Below the pieces are notes generated by a model. It made no database searches. It saw only the letters and a list, made by a program, of their open reading frames with translations, and had not been told where the DNA came from. Below, piece by piece: positions 41,972-51,553 of a stretch of 64,000 bases of DNA. Every line of letters starts with the position of its first letter. Within the stretch, counting starts at the first letter, position 1. Where the stretch lies: positions 91,947 to 155,946 of the forward strand of contig JBGARZ010000009.1 in assembly GCA_044229975.1 (NCBI GenBank). The letters are read 5' to 3'. Both the position numbers and the translations under genes were made by a program. The DNA comes from Polyangiales bacterium (GTDB lineage: Bacteria; Myxococcota_A; Polyangia; Polyangiales; Ga0077539).

Positions 41972-43093
41972 ATGCACTTGAACCTCTCCCCTCGCGGGAC
42001 CCTCGTCACCCTCCTCGGCCTCTCCCTCTTCGCGGTCTCGACCGGCCACGCCCAGCACCATCGGCGCGGCCCAGCGGCCCCGGCCTGCACGGTCGCCCAG
42101 CACCCCTCCGACGGCCACTGCTGCGACGGCGGCGAGGAGTGGGTTCCAGCCCGCGCGCGCTGCATGTGCGTCGATGGTGTGGACATCTGCCAGCGCCTCG
42201 CGGCCGCTGCCGCTGCCGCTGCTGCACCCCCGCCTGCACCGCCGCCGGTGGTGGTCGTCGCCCCGCCGCCGCCTCCCCCGTCGCGCTGCGGCCCGGACAT
42301 GGTGCTGGTGGAAAACGCCATCTTCAACATGGGCGCCGCCGCGGGTCAGCCGGGCGACCGCAATGAGACGCCCGCCCACCGCGTGTCGCTCTCGCCGTAC
42401 TGCATCGACCGCACGGAGGTGAGCGTTCATCGCTACCAGGAGTGCACCACCTGCGCCTCGACCAGCACCGTGCAGTTTCCTGCCATCCCGGCCGCGCAGG
42501 TCCCGGCCTGGAACCAGCTCTGCAACGCCAACCGCGCCGACCGCGCCGACCATCCGATGAACTGCGTCGACTGGGCGCAGGCCAACGCCTACTGCCGCTC
42601 GCGCGGCGCCCGTCTCCCCACCGAGGCCGAGTGGGAGTTCGCCGCCCGCGGCGCCGAGACGCGCACCTACCCGTGGGGCGAGGCCGCTCCGTCTCCCGAC
42701 CGCGTCAACGCCTGCGACGCCGACTGCGTGGCGCTGCTCACCCGCAGCAACATCCCGCGCCCGACCGGGGTCTTCCCCGGCAGCGACGGCCACGGCGGAA
42801 CCGGCCCGGCGGGCGCGTACATCAGCGGCGCCTCGCCCCTCAACCTCCTCGACATGGCGGGCAACGTGATGGAGTGGACCGCCGACTGGTTCGGCCCCTA
42901 CAACGCCGCCCCGGCCATCGACCCGACGGGCGCGACCGCGGGCACCGACCGCATCGCCCGCGGCGGCCACTGGTTCTCCAGCGCCCCGACCGCGCTGCGC
43001 ACCACCGCCCGTGTCCCGGCCAACCCGAGCTTCCGCCTCGCCACGCTGGGCTTCCGCTGCGCCAGCGCGCCGCTCCCCGCGCCGCCGCGCTGA
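41972..43093 (+). CDS. Formylglycine-generating-enzyme (FGE/SUMF1) sulfatase-modifying domain protein
   Basis: 373 aa. Signal peptide, Cys-rich module, poly-Ala/Pro linker, then FGE domain (HRVSLSPYCIDRTEV...MNCVDWAQANAYCRSRGARLPTEAEWEFAARG...GNVMEWTADWF...ARGGHWFS...RVPANPSFRLATLGFRC). Confidence 0.8.
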   Translation: MHLNLSPRGTLVTLLGLSLFAVSTGHAQHHRRGPAAPACTVAQHPSDGHCCDGGEEWVPARARCMCVDGVDICQRLAAAAAAAAAPPPAPPPVVVVAPPPPPPSRCGPDMVLVENAIFNMGAAAGQPGDRNETPAHRVSLSPYCIDRTEVSVHRYQECTTCASTSTVQFPAIPAAQVPAWNQLCNANRADRADHPMNCVDWAQANAYCRSRGARLPTEAEWEFAARGAETRTYPWGEAAPSPDRVNACDADCVALLTRSNIPRPTGVFPGSDGHGGTGPAGAYISGASPLNLLDMAGNVMEWTADWFGPYNAAPAIDPTGATAGTDRIARGGHWFSSAPTALRTTARVPANPSFRLATLGFRCASAPLPAPPR

Positions 43094-43097
43094 CCCG

Positions 43098-43439
43098 ATG
43101 CGCGTCCTCACACCACTCGCCGTCGTCGCCCTGCTGGGGTGCTCGTCTGGCCCCACGCACCACTTCCACGTGCTCAATGTTCGGCACACCGCGCGGCCGA
43201 CGCCGTGCGTCCCGGCCGAGGTGCAGGTGCACACCGACCGCGGCCCGTCGACGGCGCGCGAGATCATCGCCGTGCTCACCGCCGAGTGCGACAACGACCA
43301 CCCCGATCAGTGCCGCAGCGCCCTCCAGCGCGCGGCCTGCGAGGTCAACGCCGACGCGGTGGTGACGGCGCTCGCCCGCCCGCTACCCCGCAGCCGCCTG
43401 CGCCTCATCGGCGACGCCGTGGAGTGGCAGGCGCCGTAG
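43098..43439 (+). CDS. Small lipoprotein
   Basis: 113 aa from the ATG at 43098, which overlaps the FGE stop. MRVLTPLAVVALLGCSSG (lipobox LLGC). Confidence 0.5.
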   Translation: MRVLTPLAVVALLGCSSGPTHHFHVLNVRHTARPTPCVPAEVQVHTDRGPSTAREIIAVLTAECDNDHPDQCRSALQRAACEVNADAVVTALARPLPRSRLRLIGDAVEWQAP

Positions 43440-43450
43440 CCCCGCCCGAG

Positions 43451-43710
43451 GCCGCTGCGCCCGCGGGCCGGAGTTCGCGTGACCCCATTGCGGGTGCGTG
43501 CAGTCGCTCACGCCGGGCTATTTCACGGGGTCACCTCGCTGCGCGAGGTTGCAGGAACTCTCGATCGGCGATGGACGAGGCGACGGGTTGCTCGTTGAGA
43601 CCAGAGCTGCAACCTCGCGCAGCGAGGTGACCCCGTGAAACAGCCCGGCGTGAGCGACTGCACGCACCCGCAATGGGGTCACGCGAACTCCGGCCCGCGG
43701 GCGCAGCGGC
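43451..43710. repeat. 260-bp near-perfect palindrome; family copy 2 (same family as 21461-21707)
   Basis: Arms share the blocks ccggagttcgcgtg, tgcagtcgctcac and ccgggctatttca with copy 1. The inner stem differs (cacctcgctgcgcgaggttgcag versus caccccgcgacgcggggttgcag), but each copy remains self-complementary. Lies between the convergent genes ending at 43439 (+) and 43716 (-). Confidence 0.9.
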
Positions 43711-43715
43711 CCTCC

Positions 43716-44591
43716 CTATCCCCCGGCGGTCGCCTCGTGAGCCCACGGGTCGCGCCCGTTGGTGCGATCGATCACCGACTCGCCCCGCAGCTCGCGCACC
43801 ACCACCGAGGCCGCCACGAGTCCGAAGGTGCCCGTCACCCACGCGGCGCTGCCGTCGATGCGCGCGCGCTTCTCACACGTGTGCATCCCGTTGTCGGACT
43901 GCGGGCACACACACTGGAACCCGTGGTCGTGGTCGTACGCGAGCTCCGTCGGCGCGATGGGCGTCTCCTCACTGAACACACACGGAACCCCCGTCGGCAT
44001 CGACGGGCGCAGCCGCCAGCCGTGCTTGGTGCGCATGATCTCGCGGAAGTGGTGGGCCATCGGGTCGTGCCGGGTGCGCGCGAGGTCGTCGACCCGGACC
44101 TTCGTCGGATCGATGCGGGCCGCCGCGCCCATCACGCTCACCACCGGGATTCCCCTCCGACGGCAGGTCGCCACGAGGTGGGCCTTGGCGGTGAGGTTGT
44201 CGATGGCGTCGACGACGTAGTCCACCCCCTCGCCCAGCACCGCCTCGCTGTTGTCCACGTTGTAGAACTCCGCCCTCGCCGTGACGCTCCCCGTCGGGTG
44301 GATGAGTCGCAGTCGCTCGGCCACGACCTCCACCTTCGGGCGCCCGATGTTGCCGCGCATCGCGTGGAGCTGGCGGTTGGTGTTGGTCACGCACACGAGG
44401 TCGAAGTCGACCAGGGTGATGTTGCCCACCGCCGTGCGTGCGAGCGCTTCGGCGGCGAAGCTCCCGACGCCGCCGAGGCCGACGACCATGACCTTTGCGC
44501 TCGCGAGGGTGCGCATCGCGGGCTCGCCGAGGAGCCTCGCCGCGCGGTCGAAGCGACGGTGGGTGCGGTAGCTCTCGTCGACGTCTGCCAT
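43716..44591 (-). CDS. ThiF/MoeB-family protein, tRNA threonylcarbamoyladenosine dehydratase (TcdA/CsdL)-like
   Basis: About 292 aa from MADVDESYRTHRRFDRAARLLGEPAMRTLASAKVMVVGLGGVGS (E1-like Rossmann). TcdA-type C-terminus. Confidence 0.8.
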   Translation of the reverse strand: MADVDESYRTHRRFDRAARLLGEPAMRTLASAKVMVVGLGGVGSFAAEALARTAVGNITLVDFDLVCVTNTNRQLHAMRGNIGRPKVEVVAERLRLIHPTGSVTARAEFYNVDNSEAVLGEGVDYVVDAIDNLTAKAHLVATCRRRGIPVVSVMGAAARIDPTKVRVDDLARTRHDPMAHHFREIMRTKHGWRLRPSMPTGVPCVFSEETPIAPTELAYDHDHGFQCVCPQSDNGMHTCEKRARIDGSAAWVTGTFGLVAASVVVRELRGESVIDRTNGRDPWAHEATAGG

Positions 44592-44671
44592 GGCCGTCGG
44601 GTCTTCTACCGTATGCCGCAACATTTAGCGCCCTTGCCGGTGCTGCGGCGTGAGCGTATGTCGCCCGCACC

Positions 44672-46588
44672 ATGGCAGCGCGCTTTCTTGAGGCCCTTCG
44701 CGATCACCCCCTCGTGGCCGACGGCGCCATGGGCACCCAGCTCTACGAGCGCGGCGTGCTCTACACGCAGAACTACGAAGAGATCTGCGTCACCCGCCCC
44801 GACCTCATCAAGAACATCCACAAGGAGTACCTCCGCGCCGGCGCCCAGGTGATCGAGACCAACACCTTCGGGGCCAACCGCTATCGGCTCGCGAAGTTCA
44901 ACCTGGAGAAGCGCGTCGCGGAGTTCAACGAGGCGGGCGTTCGCATCGCGCGCGAGGCCGTCGCCGAGGCGGGCCCCGCAGCCGCGGGCGCTTGGGTCGC
45001 GGGCAACATCGGCCCCACCGGATTGCCCACGCTCAAGGGCCTCACGCAGCGCGACTTCGCCGACATCCGCGCGGCCTTCGAGGAGCAGGTCGCCTCCCTC
45101 ACATCGGCCGATCTGCTGGTCATCGAGACGATGCGCTCGCCCGAGGAGATGCGCCTCTGCATCGAGGCGGTGCGCGCCACCACCGACCTCCCGCTCGTAG
45201 CCATGGTGAGCTTCGACGCCTTCGGAACCATGGCCGACGGAACCACGCCCGAGGTCATGGCCGAGCGCCTCGCGCAGTGGGGCGCCGACGTCATCGGCGT
45301 CAACTGTGGCGACGGCCCGGCCGGCGTCTTCGACACGCTGGAGCGCATGCGCGGCGTCGGGCTCCCGCTGGCGGCGATGCCCAACGCGGGCATCCCCCGG
45401 CGCATCGAGGGCCGCATGCTCTACATGGCCAACCCGGAGTACTTCGGGGTGTATGCGCGGCGCCTCATCAAGCTGGGCGTTCGCCTCGTGGGCGGCTGCT
45501 GCGGCACGACCATGGACCACATCCGACGCGCGGCCAACGCCGCCCGGATGCACGCCCACGAGGGCGCTGCGACGCCCATCGACGGCGGCTCGGTGAGCCT
45601 GTCGATGCCCCCGACGCCAGCCGGAACCACGCAGGAGCCCAACGACCCGACGCTCTCCATCGTGAGCCTGGAGCCTGCGCCGGGGGTGCGGGTGGTCCCG
45701 CTGGCGGAGCGCAGCCCCTTCGCGTCGAAGCTGGGCAAGGAGTTCGTGGTGAGCGTGGAGGTCAACCCTCCCGCCGGGATGGACCCGTCGAAGGCCGTCG
45801 CCGCGGCGAAGCACCTGCTGGCCCACGGCGTCGACGTCATCAACATCGCCGACGGTCCGCGGGCGAGCGCGCGCATGGGCAACCTCGCGCTGGCGGTGAA
45901 GCTGTTGCGCGAGGGCGTCGAGCCGCTGCTCCACGTCTGCTGCCGCGACCGCAACACCCTGGGTCTCGTCGGCCACGTGATGGCGGCGCACGAGCTCGGT
46001 GTTCGCAACCTGGTGGTCATCACGGGTGATCCGCCGAAGATGGGCGACTACCCCGACTGCACGGCCGTCTACGACCTCGACTCCATCGGGCTGTTGCGGC
46101 TCTTGCGCGGGCTCAACCACGGGCGCGACCCCGGCGGAAAGGCACTGGGTGGCGTGACGGAGTTTGCGCTCGCGACCGGGGCCGAGCCCGCGGCGATGGA
46201 CTACGCGCGGGAGATCGCGCGGCTGCGAAAGAAGATCGAAGCGGGCGCCGAGCTGGTGATGACGCAGCCGGTGTACGACCCGGCGGTGCTCACGCGCTTC
46301 CTCGACGACGTGGCGCCGTGGGGGGTTCCGGTGATGGTGGGCATCCTGCCGCTGGCGAGCTACCGCAACGCGGAATTCCTGCACAACGAGGTGCCCGGGA
46401 TGCGCGTGCCCGACGAGGTGCGCGAGCGTATGAGACTCGTCGGCAGCGGGCCGCAGGCGCGGCAGGAGGGCGTTCGCATCGCGCGCGAGATGCTGCTCGC
46501 GGTGAAGCACCGGGTGGCGGGCGCGTACGTGATGCCGCCGCTCGAACGCTGGGAGATGGCGCTCGAAGTCATCGACGGCGTGAAGTAG
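44672..46588 (+). CDS. Bifunctional homocysteine S-methyltransferase / methylenetetrahydrofolate reductase (YitJ-like)
   Basis: 638 aa. N-terminal Hcy S-methyltransferase domain (VADGAMGTQLYERG...IETNTFGAN...GGCCGTT). C-terminal MTHFR domain (FVVSVEVNPP...VINIADGPRA...LHVCCRDRN). Confidence 0.85.
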   Translation: MAARFLEALRDHPLVADGAMGTQLYERGVLYTQNYEEICVTRPDLIKNIHKEYLRAGAQVIETNTFGANRYRLAKFNLEKRVAEFNEAGVRIAREAVAEAGPAAAGAWVAGNIGPTGLPTLKGLTQRDFADIRAAFEEQVASLTSADLLVIETMRSPEEMRLCIEAVRATTDLPLVAMVSFDAFGTMADGTTPEVMAERLAQWGADVIGVNCGDGPAGVFDTLERMRGVGLPLAAMPNAGIPRRIEGRMLYMANPEYFGVYARRLIKLGVRLVGGCCGTTMDHIRRAANAARMHAHEGAATPIDGGSVSLSMPPTPAGTTQEPNDPTLSIVSLEPAPGVRVVPLAERSPFASKLGKEFVVSVEVNPPAGMDPSKAVAAAKHLLAHGVDVINIADGPRASARMGNLALAVKLLREGVEPLLHVCCRDRNTLGLVGHVMAAHELGVRNLVVITGDPPKMGDYPDCTAVYDLDSIGLLRLLRGLNHGRDPGGKALGGVTEFALATGAEPAAMDYAREIARLRKKIEAGAELVMTQPVYDPAVLTRFLDDVAPWGVPVMVGILPLASYRNAEFLHNEVPGMRVPDEVRERMRLVGSGPQARQEGVRIAREMLLAVKHRVAGAYVMPPLERWEMALEVIDGVK

Positions 46589-46650
46589 CCGCGGGCCCAC
46601 GCCGCGGCGTCAGCGCGGCGCGTGGAGGTCAGGCCCGCAGTAGCCCACAC

Positions 46651-47976
46651 CTACAGCCGATAGCGCACGATCACCACGCCGCTGCCGCCCGCCGCGTCGC
46701 CGCCGCCCCCGCCGCCCGTGTTCGCCGCCCCCGCCCGCTCCGGCCCGCCGCCACCGCCCGCCCCCGCGCTGCCGTTGCTGCCCTCGCCGCGGCCGGCGCC
46801 GCCGCCACCGCGCGTGACCATCATGCCCGTGATGTCCGACGCCAGGCCCGCTCCGCCGTTGCCGCCGGTGCCCCGATCGCCGCCGCCGTTGGTGCCCGCC
46901 GCGCCCGCGCCGCCGCCACCACCGCCCGCCGTGTAGTTGCCGTCGCGCGACGCGCCGCCCGCGTTGCCCTGCCCCGCCGTGCCCGCGGTGCGCCCGATGA
47001 GCTTGAACCCGCTGCCGCCGCTCGACCCTCCGACGAGCCCCGCCGTGCCGCGCCCCCGATCGCCGAAGCCGCCACCGCCGCCGCCAAGCGCCATGATCGC
47101 GCCCAGCGAAGACGGACCGCCCGTCACGCCCACCGCACCGCCGCCACCGACCGCCGTCGCCGTCGCGCCGACCTGCACCACCAACGACCCGGTGAGGTAT
47201 CCGCCCGCGCCGCCGCCGCCACCGTTGCGACCGCCGCCACCGCCACCACCGCCGCCGCCGATGACGAGGTAGTCGACCGTTCCGGCCGTGGCGCAGGTCA
47301 GCGCCGACGCGCCCATCGCCGTGAAGACGTGAACCCGATAGCTGGCTGCGCCGACCATGATGTCCGCGGTCGTTCCGCCCGTGCATCCCGTCGGCGCCAC
47401 CGCCACGCACGCGCCGCCCACGCAGCCCTGCCCCACGGCGCACGCCGTCCCGCACGCGCCACAGTGCTGCGCGGTGTTGAGCGCCGCCTCGCAGCCGTTC
47501 GCAGCATCACCATCGCAGTCCGCGAAGCCCATCGTGCAGACCGACCCGCAGCGCCCCGCCGCGCACGTCGCAGCAGCGTTCGCCGACACCGCGCAGACCG
47601 TCCCGCACGCGCCGCAGTGGGCGACGTCGGTGCTCGTCTCGACGCAGCGACCGCCGCACTCGGCGCTCCCCGTCAGGCACCCGCATCGACCTGCGACGCA
47701 GCTCAGCCCCGCCGCGCACACCGCGCCCGCGTCGGCGGCGCAGCAGTCTTCGCCGGACATCCCGCACACCACCGGAGCGACGTCCGGAACATCGACGGCG
47801 GCGACGTCCTCGGGCGTCACGCCGAGGTCCGGCGGCGCGACGACCACGTCATCGACGCTGACGTCGGCCGTGGTGCCACCACCGTCGGGCGACACGATGA
47901 CGGACGGATTGCCGAGCTCGCACCCGCACACGAGCAGTGACGTGATGGACAGGACTCGTCGAAGACCGTGGCGCAC
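46651..47976 (-). CDS. Lipoprotein with myxobacterial cysteine-rich repeats and long glycine-rich C-terminal region
   Basis: 441 aa. MRHGLRRVLSITSLLVCGCE (lipobox). Repeats of the CGACG..C......C..GFADCDGDAANGCE type. The C-terminal half is poly-Gly (GGGGGGGGGGRNGGGGGAGGYLTGSLVV...) ending VVIVRYRL. Confidence 0.6.
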   Translation of the reverse strand: MRHGLRRVLSITSLLVCGCELGNPSVIVSPDGGGTTADVSVDDVVVAPPDLGVTPEDVAAVDVPDVAPVVCGMSGEDCCAADAGAVCAAGLSCVAGRCGCLTGSAECGGRCVETSTDVAHCGACGTVCAVSANAAATCAAGRCGSVCTMGFADCDGDAANGCEAALNTAQHCGACGTACAVGQGCVGGACVAVAPTGCTGGTTADIMVGAASYRVHVFTAMGASALTCATAGTVDYLVIGGGGGGGGGGRNGGGGGAGGYLTGSLVVQVGATATAVGGGGAVGVTGGPSSLGAIMALGGGGGGFGDRGRGTAGLVGGSSGGSGFKLIGRTAGTAGQGNAGGASRDGNYTAGGGGGGAGAAGTNGGGDRGTGGNGGAGLASDITGMMVTRGGGGAGRGEGSNGSAGAGGGGGPERAGAANTGGGGGGDAAGGSGVVIVRYRL

Positions 47977-48215
47977 GCCGCGACTCTACCGAAGAACCAC
48001 CCGCGATCGATCCCGCCGTCACGCCCTTCGTCAGTGCGACAAACCGAGCGCACTCCATCCCGGCGGCGTCTGGAAGCGCCGCACCTGTCGGCACACCCTC
48101 GCGCCACGGCCCCACATCGCGCCTGATTCATACATTGCCGAGCGTTTCGCGATCGCGGAAGGATGGTTCGTCCAGTTCCACCATTGCCCTTGATCACCTC
48201 CACAGGGAGCCTTCG

Positions 48216-49958
48216 ATGAACGCCCAACCCGGAGCGCGCAGATCTTCTCCCCCGCCCGCTGGCCCGACGCGCATCGGCCGCTACGACCTCCTCACCGAGC
48301 TCGGCCGCGGCGGCATGGCCAGCGTCTTCCTCGCGCGCGGCTTCGGCAGCGCCGGGTTCGAGCGCCTCGCCGCCGTGAAGGTGCTCCACCGAGAGCTCTG
48401 CCTCGACCCGGACTTCGTGGAGATGTTCCTCGATGAGGCGAGGGTCGCGGCGCGGCTGCACCACCCCAACGCGACGGCCATCATCGACCTCGGGGCCGAG
48501 GGCACGCGGCTCTACATGGTGATGGACTACGTCGAGGGCGACACGCTCCACGCCGTGCAGACGGCGGCCTCGGCGCTGCGTCGCGCGGTGCCGTTGGGCA
48601 TCGCGCTGCGCATCGTGCTCGACGCGCTGGAGGGCCTCGACGCCGCGCACGAGCTGAAGGACATCGACGGCGCCACCCTCGGTCTCATCCACCGCGACGT
48701 CACGCCGCACAACGTGCTCGTCGGGGTCGACGGCTCGGCGCGCCTGGTGGACTTCGGCATCGCGCGCGCGGCCTGTCGCACGGGCATCACCACCGTCGGC
48801 GTCGTGAAGGGGAAGGTGCCCTTCATGGCCCCCGAACAGATCCGCGGGAAGCCCGTCGACCGCCGCGCCGACATCTTCGCGATGGGCGTCACGCTCTGGG
48901 AGACCATGGCCCTGCGACGGTGCTTCCCGATGCGCGAGGGCGCCCCGTTGTCGCGCCTCGCCAACGAGGCGTACCGCCCGCTCATCGAGGTCGCGCCGCA
49001 GGTGCCCGCGGCGCTCGACGACATCTGCCGCCGCGCGCTCGCGTTCGACCCGGCCGACCGCTTCCCCACCGCCGCGGCCTTCGCCGAGACGCTGGAGAAC
49101 GACTTCCGCGGCCACGTCGCGACCCAGCGCGAACTCGGGCAGTTCATGTCCGTGGTGGCGGCCGACAAGGTGCGCCGCGAGCGCGAGGCCGTCCGCACCT
49201 CCGCGTACCCGATGCCCAACCGAACCGTTCCGCCGTCGGCGCTGCGGGACATCTCTCGCACGGTCTCCGTCCGCGAGCCCAGGCCCTCACACGCGCGCGG
49301 GACGCCCGTCCACTCGCTGCGCGCCCCGATGGGCGACGGCCTCTTCGACGGCGAAGACCTCACCGCCGTCGCGCCCTCCAAGCAGCCGCCCTCCATGGCC
49401 CCGTCGCGGCGCCCCGTGACGCTCCCTCCGCTGCCCGAGCGCTCGCCGAGCTCCATCGCCCCGCCGCCTGCCGCGGTCGACCCGTCGTCGGTCTACGAGG
49501 TGGCGACGCAGGCCTTCACGCTCCAGCGCTCGCGCCCGCCGCCCGTCTCCCCGAAGGCCGAGCGCCCCAACACGTTCTGGCCGGCCGCGCCCGTGCGCCC
49601 CGCCAACGACGTCGCGCGCGCATCCGTCGTGCCGCCGCCGTCGCCCCCGGCGCGGAAGCCCGTCGCCGAAGCGCCATCGCCGCCGCCCGTCGTGGTCGCC
49701 GAAGCGCCCGCGGCTCCCGTCGCCGAGGCGCCCGCCCCGGTCGTCGAGGAGCCCGCTCCCGAGCCCGCGGTCCTCGTCGAGCTGACCGTGCACTCCCTCG
49801 CCCCGCCGGCGCTCCCTGCGCTCGTCGTCGAGGCGCCCGTCGTCGTCGAGGCGCCCGTCGTCGAGGCGCCGACCGCTCTCGCCCTCTCGGAGCCTCCCGC
49901 CCCTCCGCGCGGGCTGCTCGCCCTCCTCCGTCGCTGGTGGTCAATGCTCGTGGGCTGA
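48216..49958 (+). CDS. Ser/Thr protein kinase with Pro/Ala-rich C-terminal region
   Basis: 580 aa from the ATG at 48216. Kinase motifs GRGGMASVF, AAVKVL, HRDVTPHNVLV, DFGIA and APE. C-terminus is low-complexity (PAPVVEEPAPEPA...). Confidence 0.85.
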   Translation: MNAQPGARRSSPPPAGPTRIGRYDLLTELGRGGMASVFLARGFGSAGFERLAAVKVLHRELCLDPDFVEMFLDEARVAARLHHPNATAIIDLGAEGTRLYMVMDYVEGDTLHAVQTAASALRRAVPLGIALRIVLDALEGLDAAHELKDIDGATLGLIHRDVTPHNVLVGVDGSARLVDFGIARAACRTGITTVGVVKGKVPFMAPEQIRGKPVDRRADIFAMGVTLWETMALRRCFPMREGAPLSRLANEAYRPLIEVAPQVPAALDDICRRALAFDPADRFPTAAAFAETLENDFRGHVATQRELGQFMSVVAADKVRREREAVRTSAYPMPNRTVPPSALRDISRTVSVREPRPSHARGTPVHSLRAPMGDGLFDGEDLTAVAPSKQPPSMAPSRRPVTLPPLPERSPSSIAPPPAAVDPSSVYEVATQAFTLQRSRPPPVSPKAERPNTFWPAAPVRPANDVARASVVPPPSPPARKPVAEAPSPPPVVVAEAPAAPVAEAPAPVVEEPAPEPAVLVELTVHSLAPPALPALVVEAPVVVEAPVVEAPTALALSEPPAPPRGLLALLRRWWSMLVG

Positions 49959-50657
49959 CGGCCCTCGCCGTCGCAACCGCATCGCGATGTCTTCGAGGTC
50001 GACCTGCTCGCCGACGAGCAGCGGGAGAAACTCCGCCGACGGGCACGCCCCGTAGCGCTGGCAGCGCGGTCGCCCGGCGTTCGACGCGTCGACGACGGCG
50101 AGCGACTCACCGCAGCCGAGGGTGATCATCAGGCGACCGGCCGACGAGCGCACCGCGACGCCCGCCTCGCGCGGATCGCGGTGGATGAAGGGCGTCACCG
50201 TGGAGCGCGTCGCGACGAAGTCGAGGGAGCTCCCGGTGACGGGGTACGGCCCCCAGACGTCGGAGTCGGGCTCCGTCTGCGTCTGCGCGAAGTCGACGTC
50301 GTCGAGGGTCTCACAGTCGAGCAGGGCGCCCGCGCGCGACGCCTGCTGGTACGCCGCGCGGGCCTCGACGACGTGGGCCCTGAGCCGGTCAGCGTCCCCG
50401 CGAACGATCCCCAGCGGCGACTCCGCGACGGCGACGGCGACGCGGTCGGCGAGGGTGAGCGCGCGCAGCAGCGAGCGCATGCCGGGGGTGGAGGCGATCC
50501 AGCGGGCGGGCGCGACGGGGCGGGCGCGCGAGGCCATGGTCGGCACCGCGGGGCGCGACGAAGCACAGCCCGAAGCGGCGAAGAGCACGAGCATGACCGA
50601 CGCGAGCACCGTGGTTCGCACGGCGGACGTGTCCACCGTCCGGGGCGGCGATGTCAA
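49941..50657 (-). CDS. Hypothetical lipoprotein
   Basis: 238 aa. VLASVMLVLFAASGCASS (lipobox). 3' end overlaps the convergent kinase gene by about 18 nt. Confidence 0.5.
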   Translation of the reverse strand: MTSPPRTVDTSAVRTTVLASVMLVLFAASGCASSRPAVPTMASRARPVAPARWIASTPGMRSLLRALTLADRVAVAVAESPLGIVRGDADRLRAHVVEARAAYQQASRAGALLDCETLDDVDFAQTQTEPDSDVWGPYPVTGSSLDFVATRSTVTPFIHRDPREAGVAVRSSAGRLMITLGCGESLAVVDASNAGRPRCQRYGACPSAEFLPLLVGEQVDLEDIAMRLRRRGPSAHEH

Positions 50658-50746
50658 CGCGGTCGCGGCGATGGTGCTTGCCGGGGCGTCGGGCGGGAGC
50701 TTAGCGTCCTCGCCGCCTCGAACGAGCCGCTGGCAGGGAGAGACCG

Positions 50747-51553
50747 ATGATTCCGATCGACCCGGGGATCAAGGCGCGCGTGGAGCGTGTCGCGCTGCCC
50801 TTCAACCGCTACGGCTACGACCCCTACGGCATCTCCAAGCGACACCTCGCGGAGATGTTCACGGCCTTCGGGTTCTTCTACCGCAACTACTTCCGGGTGT
50901 CGGTACACGGCATCGAGCACGTCCCCACCGCCGGGCGCGTGATGCTCATCGGCAACCACTCGGGCGGTTACGCCATCGACGGCGCGATGCTCATCACGTC
51001 GATGTTCATGGAGCTCGACCCGCCGCGGCTCGCGCAGGGCATGGCGGAGCGCTTCATCAACCGGGTCCCGTTCGCGTCGCTGTGGTCGTCGCGCACGGGG
51101 CAGTTCACCGGCCTCCCCGAGCACGCCGAGCGCCTGCTCGAAGACGACCGCATGCTCATGGTCTTCCCCGAAGGCGCGCGCGGCACGGCCAAGCTCTACT
51201 GGGAGCGCCACTCGCTGGTGGAGTTCGGCACGGGCTTCTTGCGGCTCGCGATGAAGACCCGCACGCCCATCGTCCCGGTGGGCATCCTCGGCGGCGGCGA
51301 GGCGATTCCGTCCGTCGCCAACTCGGCCACGCTGGGCAAGCTCGTGGGCGCGCCGTACGTGCCCATCACGCCGTACCTCCTGGCGCTCCCGCTGCCCGCG
51401 AAGATGGAGCTGCGCTTCGGCGAGCCGATGTTCTTCGACGGAACGGGCAACGAAGAAGACGAGGCCATCCACGAGGGCGTCGAGTCGGTGAAGTCGCGGG
51501 TCGCATCGCTCATGGCCGACGGGCTCCTCGCCCGCGAAGGGGCGCAGCGATGA
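50747..51553 (+). CDS. Lysophospholipid (1-acyl-sn-glycerol-3-phosphate) acyltransferase family protein
   Basis: 268 aa. Acyltransferase blocks HSGGYAIDG (HX4D variant) and FPEGARG. Confidence 0.75.
   Translation: MIPIDPGIKARVERVALPFNRYGYDPYGISKRHLAEMFTAFGFFYRNYFRVSVHGIEHVPTAGRVMLIGNHSGGYAIDGAMLITSMFMELDPPRLAQGMAERFINRVPFASLWSSRTGQFTGLPEHAERLLEDDRMLMVFPEGARGTAKLYWERHSLVEFGTGFLRLAMKTRTPIVPVGILGGGEAIPSVANSATLGKLVGAPYVPITPYLLALPLPAKMELRFGEPMFFDGTGNEEDEAIHEGVESVKSRVASLMADGLLAREGAQR

Noticed and set aside
46600-46650. Short GC hairpin (ccgcgg...ccgcgg) between MTHFR and Gly-rich genes as an intrinsic terminator
   Set aside because: The stem is short and built on a self-palindromic SacII-like site, with no U-tract. 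It cannot be distinguished from background GC palindromes.
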